The notes beneath the pieces are model-generated. The model saw only the letters and a list, made by a program, of their open reading frames with translations, ran no database searches and had not been told where the DNA came from. Source: Candidatus Nomurabacteria bacterium (GTDB taxonomy: Bacteria; Patescibacteriota; Patescibacteriia; Magasanikbacterales; UBA922). Taken from it: a DNA stretch of 64,000 nt. Positions 57,544-64,000 of this stretch are shown here, one piece after another (position 1 is the stretch's first letter; every line of letters begins with the position of its first letter). A program made the position numbers and the translations under genes. The stretch spans positions 4,952 through 68,951 of the forward strand of contig JACKFN010000004.1 in the NCBI GenBank assembly GCA_020632445.1, given 5' to 3'.

Positions 57544-57751
57544 AAAGCGTGAAGTTGAAGATTTTGTTTGAAGGTTATAAGTATGTTTTTCACCAAAAAA
57601 GAACTCAAAAATTTGGATCAGGAGCAGCTCTACGAAGTTCGTGAAGCCTACTTGACACATATGAAAAATCCACAGGCATCAAAGTTTCAGTTTTTGCAGC
57701 GCAAACCAGTTCTTGCTGACATGTCGCTTGTTGATGATATGATTTTGCAGT

Positions 57752-58072
57752 ATGCTGCATAAGGTAGCTACGCAAACCGTGGTGAATAAAATTCTCAAGC
57801 AAGATAGAAATTCATATTTTTTTGCTCTCATGCTCTGGAAAATGCTCAAATCATTTGAAGCAGATGAGGGCATATGTGAAAAAAATCATCATTATATTTC
57901 TAAACTCCTGAAAGACCATAATTTGGACCTTGCGGATGGTCAAGACACAAATTTAAAAATCAGCGCTGCAGAGAGTCTTTGGTTAATAATGGCACTACGC
58001 AAGGTGGAGTTTATTGGTGAAAGGGATTTTACTGCCTATTTTGTCTATATAGAAGAGCTTTTTGGGAAGTAG
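57752..58072 (+). CDS. hypothetical protein (native composition)
   Basis: ORF only. Confidence 0.3.
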   Translation: MLHKVATQTVVNKILKQDRNSYFFALMLWKMLKSFEADEGICEKNHHYISKLLKDHNLDLADGQDTNLKISAAESLWLIMALRKVEFIGERDFTAYFVYIEELFGK

Positions 58073-58215
58073 GTGGAAGAAAGGAAAATTTTTTTCTCTA
58101 TTTTTACAAAAAAACGACCGAAAATAGTTTGCATCAATAGCTTGACACAGGGCTATTTTTTGTATATACTGAGCCTACTTATTTGTATGAAATATTTGGT
58201 TAAATTACTGTTTTT

Positions 58216-60120
58216 ATGAAGAATCTTTTGAAAAATTTTGGGATCGTCTTTCTCTTTTTGATTGTCGTTGCTGCTCTTTTGAGCACCTCGGCAGGGGAGC
58301 AAAGCAAGCCTGAGCAAGGTAGCCTCAACCAGGTTGTTCAGCTTATCAATGAGGAAAAAGTAGAAAAAATTGAATCAAAGGGACAGACCCTCTTGCTCAC
58401 ACTAAAGCCAGAAGAAGAGGGAGGGGAAGCAAAGCAAATTGAGGTTAAGAAAGAACCAGGTCAAAGCTTCACGGAAATTGCCAGCAACCTAGGAGTAGAC
58501 AAGGAGAAACTTTCGAAGTTTGAATATGAAGTCACCGAGGAATCGGGTGCACGTTTTTGGATACTGAGCATTTTGCCATATATTTTCCCCGTGCTTTTGA
58601 TTATCGGACTTATCTATTTCATGAGTCGCCAGGTGCAAGGAGTGAATAACAAGGCCATGGGATTTGGTCAGTCTGGTGCCAAGCAGGCAAAACAAGATGA
58701 CAACAACAAAAAAACCTTCAAGGATGTCGCTGGATGCGCTGAAGCAAAAGAAGAATTGAATGAAGTGGTTGATTTTCTCAAAGACCCAAAAAAGTTTGCT
58801 GATGTTGGGGCAAAGATTCCAAAGGGTGTACTGCTTATGGGTGCTCCCGGAATTGGTAAGACGCTCTTGGCACGCGCTGTTGCCGGAGAAGCGGGTGTAC
58901 CGTTTTTCCACATTTCTGGATCTGAGTTTGTTGAAATGTTCGTAGGAGTAGGAGCAAGCCGTGTACGTGATTTGTTTAACAAAGCAAAAAAAGCTGCGCC
59001 AGCTATTATCTTTATTGATGAAATTGACGCTGTAGGACGAAAGCGTGGTGCCGGACTTGGTGGGTCACATGATGAACGTGAACAAACGTTAAACCAAATT
59101 TTGGTAGAGATGGATGGATTTGATCCACATATTGGGGTGATTGTGATTGGTGCTACCAACCGCCCAGACGTTTTGGATCAAGCACTTTTGCGTCCAGGAC
59201 GTTTTGATAGACGTATTGTGATCGATAAGCCGGATATCAAGGATCGTGAGGCAATACTCAAAGTTCATGCAAAAGGAAAGCCAATTGCAAAATCTGTTTC
59301 GATGCGTGACATCGCAGAGCGAACACCAGGGTTTACCGGTGCTGATCTTGATAACCTGCTGAATGAAGCAGCTATCATGAGTGTGAGAAAGTCCATGAAA
59401 GAAATCGATCAAGATTTGATTCGCGAAGCTATTGAAAAGGTGTTACTGGGTCCAGAAAAGCGTAGTCGTGTGATGAGTGACAAGGACAGAGAAATGACTG
59501 CATATCACGAAGCTGGACACGCGATTGTTGGACACTTTCTCAAGAACTGTGATCCTGTTCGCAAGGTGTCGATTATTGGTCGTGGAATGGCTGGAGGGTA
59601 TACGCTTTCGATGCCAACAGAAGATCTCAATTACAAAACTCTCGCACAGTTCAAAGATGAAATGGCTATGGCGATGGGAGGATATGTGGCTGAGCGTATG
59701 ATTTATGGTGATGACAACCTTTCAACAGGACCTTCATCCGACCTCAAAAAAGTGACTCAGCTCGCGACCGCTATGGTGAAGCAATATGGTATGAGTGACA
59801 AGGTTGGACCACGTACGTATGGTGACAATGAAGAGACCATTTTCTTGGCGCAGGAAATTCATGACAAGAAAAACTATAGTGAAAAGGTTGCGGAGATGAT
59901 TGATGAGGAAATCAATCGCGTTATTGCCGATGCCAAAGAAAAAGCAAAAGAGGTATTGCACGATAAGAAAGCGCAGATGGAGGATCTGGTAAAAGTTCTT
60001 CTCAAAAAAGAAACCGTAGAACATGAGGACTTTGTGGCTGTGATGGAAGGAAAGTTTGATATGGCAAGCCTGGATAGGGAAAAGGAAGTCCCAAAGCCAA
60101 ACAAAAGTGAGAAGAAGTAG
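58216..60120 (+). CDS. ftsH: ATP-dependent zinc metalloprotease FtsH
   Basis: Two N-terminal TM helices, AAA+ ([18 protein letters not shown]), SRH, HEAGHA zinc site. Confidence 0.95.
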   Translation: MKNLLKNFGIVFLFLIVVAALLSTSAGEQSKPEQGSLNQVVQLINEEKVEKIESKGQTLLLTLKPEEEGGEAKQIEVKKEPGQSFTEIASNLGVDKEKLSKFEYEVTEESGARFWILSILPYIFPVLLIIGLIYFMSRQVQGVNNKAMGFGQSGAKQAKQDDNNKKTFKDVAGCAEAKEELNEVVDFLKDPKKFADVGAKIPKGVLLMGAPGIGKTLLARAVAGEAGVPFFHISGSEFVEMFVGVGASRVRDLFNKAKKAAPAIIFIDEIDAVGRKRGAGLGGSHDEREQTLNQILVEMDGFDPHIGVIVIGATNRPDVLDQALLRPGRFDRRIVIDKPDIKDREAILKVHAKGKPIAKSVSMRDIAERTPGFTGADLDNLLNEAAIMSVRKSMKEIDQDLIREAIEKVLLGPEKRSRVMSDKDREMTAYHEAGHAIVGHFLKNCDPVRKVSIIGRGMAGGYTLSMPTEDLNYKTLAQFKDEMAMAMGGYVAERMIYGDDNLSTGPSSDLKKVTQLATAMVKQYGMSDKVGPRTYGDNEETIFLAQEIHDKKNYSEKVAEMIDEEINRVIADAKEKAKEVLHDKKAQMEDLVKVLLKKETVEHEDFVAVMEGKFDMASLDREKEVPKPNKSEKK

Positions 60121-60135
60121 TTGCAAAGTGTAAAA

Positions 60136-60165
60136 TAAAAAACTCCCCGCTTGGGGAGTTTTTTG
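60136..60165 (+). terminator. rho-independent terminator of ftsH
   Basis: aaaaaactccccgcttggggagttttttg. Confidence 0.65.
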
Positions 60166-60180
60166 ATGTACATTTTGCTT

Positions 60181-60714
60181 TTATGAAGATCGTTTTTTGA
60201 GTCCAAGATAATGATGAAGATTGTCTATATGCGTTTCGTGTCGATGTTGTTTGGATACAACCGCAGCAAGCTCAGTATCGTATTTTTTGTGAACTCCTAC
60301 AACATAGTCTGCATGTTCTAGAAGATTATTGTCGACGCGGTTGATTTCGGCTGTGAGACTTGATTCGATGCGGTTGATCTCGACTGTTAGGATTGATTCG
60401 ACTCGTTCGATTTCAGCCGTCAAGCTTGATTCGACGCGGTTGATTTCGGCCGTAAGCTCTTTTTTTACTTCTTGTAAATCATCTTTGGTGGCTGCATTGT
60501 CCTGTATAAAGCGTACTGTCTCATGGAGACTTTCAATTGATGCAGAATTTTGATCTACCTTATTACTGAGACCTTCGAACTCTGTTCTGAGGCCTTGGAA
60601 TTCTGTTTTGAGACCTTTGAATTCGTTGTTTAGACCAGAAAACTGGTCGGCAAGACCCTGGATCATGTTTGCCAGATCCAGCATAGTAGGCTGTTTTTGC
60701 ATAGTAGCATACAT
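60181..60714 (-). CDS. coiled-coil protein with tandem 11-aa repeats (SLTAEINRVES ×4) and 7-aa repeats (EFKGLKT)
   Basis: 33-bp tandem DNA repeats at about 60330-60460 on the coding strand. Confidence 0.5.
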   Translation of the reverse strand: MYATMQKQPTMLDLANMIQGLADQFSGLNNEFKGLKTEFQGLRTEFEGLSNKVDQNSASIESLHETVRFIQDNAATKDDLQEVKKELTAEINRVESSLTAEIERVESILTVEINRIESSLTAEINRVDNNLLEHADYVVGVHKKYDTELAAVVSKQHRHETHIDNLHHYLGLKKRSS

Positions 60715-60810
60715 AATATTCGGAAGGGTCTTACGAATAAGTATGCTTAGTATACCATTCTACTTTTCTTGTACAAGCAAAATTGTGGATAGCTTTTAGA
60801 ACAAATGTTC

Positions 60811-61908
60811 TTACAAATCCACTAGATTTCCATCTTTAACAATCTGAAGTTTAAATTTCGCATTTTCTAAGTCTCCATTGTCGTCAAACGAAATTTCAGG
60901 AAGGGAAACACCATCAGTGTATTCGAGATTTTTTAGATACTCAATCATGGCTTTGTGGTCAGTTCCTACTTGTTCGAATCCTTGAAGAGCAATGTTCATA
61001 GCATCATAGCCAAGTGGTGCTAGGATATTGACGGCGTCGACTGATGCGGTTGATTGTGTTTTAATCATTTGTTGAAATTCCTCTGGATTAGAAATCTTTC
61101 CTGAAGTAATCATAGTACCTTCGGCAATTGGTTGAGTATAAAAATCTTCTGACAAAAGGAAGTCTCCACCTATGGCAGGAAGTGAAATGCCAAGTTCTTG
61201 CATTTGTCGAAGAAGAGCAAGTCCACTTTCAGATCCTAGGGGGATATAAAGTACATCTGTTGCAGATTCTTTTATTTTGGTAAGAATGGTTCGAAAATCT
61301 TTTTCAGATGGATCTGTTGCTTGAACAAGTTCGATATTCCCACCAAGACGCTTGAATTCTTCAATAAAAATATCCTGGATGGCTTGACCCCAGTCATCTT
61401 GCCTGTAGATTACGGTGGCATTTTTTTTCTGAAGTTTTTCAAATGCGTATTGAGCAGCAAATTTTCCTTGAAGACCATCAGATGGGTAAATTCTAAAGAT
61501 GTTATTACCAAGGGTTGCTAATCCATTTGCCGAAGCTCCAGGAATAATTACAGGGACATTGCTTTTTGTGGTGAAAGGAAGACCTGCAGAGCCAGCGGCG
61601 GAACAGATAGGCCCAATGATAAGATCAACATTGTCGACATTAGTGAGTTTTTGAAATGCATTTGCTCCTGTTTTTCCATCACATCCGCTGTCTTCATAGA
61701 TAAGTCTTACTTTTACGTTTCCTGAATATTTTGACAATGCAAGTTCTATCCCAGCGCGAAGATTTTCGCCATAGCTTCCTGCATCCCCGGTTAGAGGTCC
61801 CGCGACACCTATGGTAACTGAGTTTGGTTGTGGTGTTTGTGGCTTACTACATCCCGCCATAAGCAGTGGTAGCATAAGAAATAGTCCCAAAACAATATGT
61901 TTCTTCAT
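60811..61908 (-). CDS. ABC transporter substrate-binding lipoprotein, branched-chain amino acid (LivJ/K-like, PBP type 1)
   Basis: Lipobox LMAGCS and SVTIGVAGPLTGDAGSYGENLRAGIELAL. Confidence 0.75.
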   Translation of the reverse strand: MKKHIVLGLFLMLPLLMAGCSKPQTPQPNSVTIGVAGPLTGDAGSYGENLRAGIELALSKYSGNVKVRLIYEDSGCDGKTGANAFQKLTNVDNVDLIIGPICSAAGSAGLPFTTKSNVPVIIPGASANGLATLGNNIFRIYPSDGLQGKFAAQYAFEKLQKKNATVIYRQDDWGQAIQDIFIEEFKRLGGNIELVQATDPSEKDFRTILTKIKESATDVLYIPLGSESGLALLRQMQELGISLPAIGGDFLLSEDFYTQPIAEGTMITSGKISNPEEFQQMIKTQSTASVDAVNILAPLGYDAMNIALQGFEQVGTDHKAMIEYLKNLEYTDGVSLPEISFDDNGDLENAKFKLQIVKDGNLVDL

Positions 61909-62067
61909 ACAATTGATTAATGAATATACTCAATAATAGCATGATGAGATAATTTGTCTTTTTTTAAACTAAAATACTGAAAAACATCTAAAAAATCTTT
62001 ACTTTTTTATCTTAATTGAGTATAATTATTTGAGTAATTTATTTGTCTAAAATAGTAGACAAAATAC

Positions 62068-62829
62068 ATGAAAACACTTATCAAAAAGCTCGAAGAGCTT
62101 GACTTTTCCGATAAAGAAGCAAGAGTTTATTTGGCTCTTTTAGAATTAGGTTATGCGAGCCCTGCCCAAATAGCTACAAAGGCTGGGATTAAAAGAACCA
62201 CTGTCTACAATGTCCTTCCAGAACTTCTTAAAAGAGGATTTATATCTAAAACGTTCGTCAAAGGAAAAAAGGTATTTTGGGTTGAAGATGTGAGAAAACT
62301 CAAGTTTGTTATTGACGAAAGACAGCAGAAGTTTGAACATCTTTTTCCACAGCTTGAAGCTTTACATAGCGTGCTTCCATCTAAGCCAAAGTTTCGTTAT
62401 TACGAAGGAGAAAATGGAATGAAGCAACTTCATATGTATGCTTTGGAAAAAACTATACCTGGAGATACTATTTATGAATATCTTGGGACCGTGGATTTTA
62501 AAAGGCTTTTTCCTGAGGAGTTTTATGATTTTTATCCAAAAGAAAGAACCAGAAGAAAAATTTCTGCACGTATAATAGCTCCTGACATTCCTGAGACCAG
62601 GGATATTGTGCAAAAAGACAAAAGGACGTTGCGTGAAACACGCCTTGCACCGAGAGATCAGCTTTTGTTTTCTGGTGATATGCAATTGTATCGGAATCAT
62701 GTAGCACTTATTTCTTATAAAGAAAACTTCATGGGAGTTGTTATTGAGAGTAAGGAAATTTATGAAATGCAAAAATGTGTTTTTGAGCTTTTATGGAACA
62801 CGCTTGCAGGTCCAACAGCAACACCCTAA
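62068..62829 (+). CDS. TrmB-family transcriptional regulator (second copy)
   Basis: N-terminal wHTH EARVYLALLELGYASPAQIATKAGIKRTTVYNVLPELLKRGFIS. Confidence 0.6.
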   Translation: MKTLIKKLEELDFSDKEARVYLALLELGYASPAQIATKAGIKRTTVYNVLPELLKRGFISKTFVKGKKVFWVEDVRKLKFVIDERQQKFEHLFPQLEALHSVLPSKPKFRYYEGENGMKQLHMYALEKTIPGDTIYEYLGTVDFKRLFPEEFYDFYPKERTRRKISARIIAPDIPETRDIVQKDKRTLRETRLAPRDQLLFSGDMQLYRNHVALISYKENFMGVVIESKEIYEMQKCVFELLWNTLAGPTATP

Positions 62830-62898
62830 TATTCATTGCGACCTCACCGAGCTCGTGGTATAATGTACCTAACACTAACGACCTAAACACATCTGCAT

Positions 62899-63867
62899 AT
62901 GAAAGATCGTCATTATTTCGATTCAATCAAATTCAGCTGGGAATTTGTAAAAACGCACAAGTTGTTTTGGGGTTTTGGACTTCTGGCTGCGATGCTTGGA
63001 CAAATGGGAGTAATGGAATTTTTGACCAAGATCATCAAGCTTGGAAGTGATGATGTCACTGTAAAATGGTTATTTCTTCCTGCATTTATAAGAAACTCTC
63101 ACGTGTTTGCCATGGGAGATTTTTCGGCTTCAATGAATGCGATTACCATTATTGCGCTTCTTTTGGTTCTGGCAATATTTGGTTTCCTTCTTTTTGCAGC
63201 GCTCAGTTCGCAGGGAGCGCTCATTCATGCCGTCGCACAAAATGTCCGCGGAGTAAAGGAACCCAATGTTGCTCGCGCTTGGCATGCAGGGGTAGGTCAT
63301 GCAGGGAGACTTTTCTGGATCAATCTTTTTCGAAAAGCTATTGTGCTTCTTGCTGGTATGGCGGTGAGCTTTATGCTGCTGTGGTGTGCGCTTGAGCTGA
63401 CAGCAATAAATCTTATACTTACTATTTTGGTGTTTGTGGTCGCTGCACTGCTCGGAATGATGGCAACGATTCTCGGAATCTATGCTGGAGGATACGTCGT
63501 AGTTGAAGAACTCAGTTTTGGACAGTCACTCGTTGCTGCTTGGAAGCTTTTTGCAAGTCATTGGCTTGTGTCTATTGAGATCGGTTTGCTTATTTTGATA
63601 CTGGAATTCCTTATGGTGTTTTTGGCTATCTGGGGAGTTGCGATGATGTTTCTTCCGGGTGTACTTATTTGGACGGTCTCTGTTTTGACTTTGTCTTCAA
63701 CACTTTGGGTAGCAGGAATGACAGTTTCCATGGTACTTTCAACCGTGTACGTTATCATCTTGGGCGCTGTGTTTACCATATTTACTACTGGAGTGTGGAC
63801 AACGCTTTTTATGAAAATGCACAAGGAGGGAATTGCCAGTCGAATCATGAGAGCCTTTGGTAAATAG
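62899..63867 (+). CDS. hypothetical polytopic membrane protein (6-7 TM)
   Basis: Multiple hydrophobic helices; no recognisable domain. Confidence 0.45.
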   Translation: MKDRHYFDSIKFSWEFVKTHKLFWGFGLLAAMLGQMGVMEFLTKIIKLGSDDVTVKWLFLPAFIRNSHVFAMGDFSASMNAITIIALLLVLAIFGFLLFAALSSQGALIHAVAQNVRGVKEPNVARAWHAGVGHAGRLFWINLFRKAIVLLAGMAVSFMLLWCALELTAINLILTILVFVVAALLGMMATILGIYAGGYVVVEELSFGQSLVAAWKLFASHWLVSIEIGLLILILEFLMVFLAIWGVAMMFLPGVLIWTVSVLTLSSTLWVAGMTVSMVLSTVYVIILGAVFTIFTTGVWTTLFMKMHKEGIASRIMRAFGK

Positions 63868-64000
63868 TATAACTAAGAGACTGTGTCTGATTTTCCTTCA
63901 CTCAATTCGCTGACCGGTGGATCATCTGGAAATTCTGCAGGTGGCGGTCTTAAGATTGCTAGTGATGAGATGGAAGAGAAGTTTCGTGAAAAAATGAAAA

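Noticed and set aside
4650-57545. Possibility that the high-GC segments are simply a chimeric assembly or contamination from a high-GC organism
   Set aside because: The switches occur exactly at gene boundaries, many times within one window. Each high-GC ORF is driven by an AT-rich native-style promoter. Host core genes (rpiB, tdk, ileS, pepA, rpsA, ftsH) interleave with intact operon punctuation. A mis-join would not produce this pattern. It cannot be fully excluded without read data.
57583-57762. 60-aa ORF MFFTKKELKN… as a gene
   Set aside because: It is short, has no Shine-Dalgarno or domain, and overlaps the next ORF's start. Left out of features as too weak, though it lies in native-composition DNA.
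1-64000. CRISPR arrays, IS elements with transposase ORFs, prophage structural genes, rRNA operons
   Set aside because: No regularly spaced direct repeats, no DDE/HUH transposase-like ORF, no capsid/terminase-like ORF and no rRNA-like sequence were seen on either strand. The only recombinase is the XerC/D-type gene at 24608.
63883-64000. ORF running off the right edge (VSDFPSLNSLTGGSSGNSAGGGLKIASDEMEEKFREKMK…)
   Set aside because: It is probably a real gene start, but only 39 codons are visible and I cannot identify the product.

Overview
The window looks like a small, low-GC (about 40-43% by eye) bacterial chromosome with a Candidate Phyla Radiation / Patescibacteria flavour. Bacterial core genes are present: rpsF-ssb-rpsR, gyrA, ruvA, ftsH, rpsA, a tRNA-His carrying the bacterial-specific encoded G-1, and a T-box leader on ileS.

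It also carries type IV pilus machinery (pilC partial, pilB, three pilin-like genes) and a pentose/sugar block (PfkB kinase, cupin, trxB, rpe, rpiB). A peptide-ligase cluster (DJ-1, two ATP-grasp/RimK ligases, a hydrolase) and a XerC/D recombinase beside tRNA-Arg are present too.

Two things stand out. First, twelve tandem paralogs (11339-21446) share a C-terminal two-helix core that matches the TrbC/VirB2-type T4SS pilin family, several with large or Cys-rich N-terminal ectodomains. Second, at least a dozen discrete high-GC (about 55-65%) cassettes are spliced individually into this AT-rich genome, all on the + strand. Each has its own AT-rich sigma70-like promoter (TTGACA-17-extended -10), usually a strong AGGAGG/GAGGAGG Shine-Dalgarno, an ORF with no recognisable domain, and a C-rich CCACC-type tail after the stop. 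Two of them (56.1-57.5 kb) are tandem cassettes bracketed by repeated leader and trailer sequences, next to about 1.3 kb of GC-rich, heavily hairpinned non-coding DNA (54.6-56.3 kb). A GC-elevated NlpC/P60 peptidase sits between tRNA-His and tRNA-Arg beside a degenerate tRNA duplicate.

All calls come from reading the sequence and ORF translations; no database search was possible.
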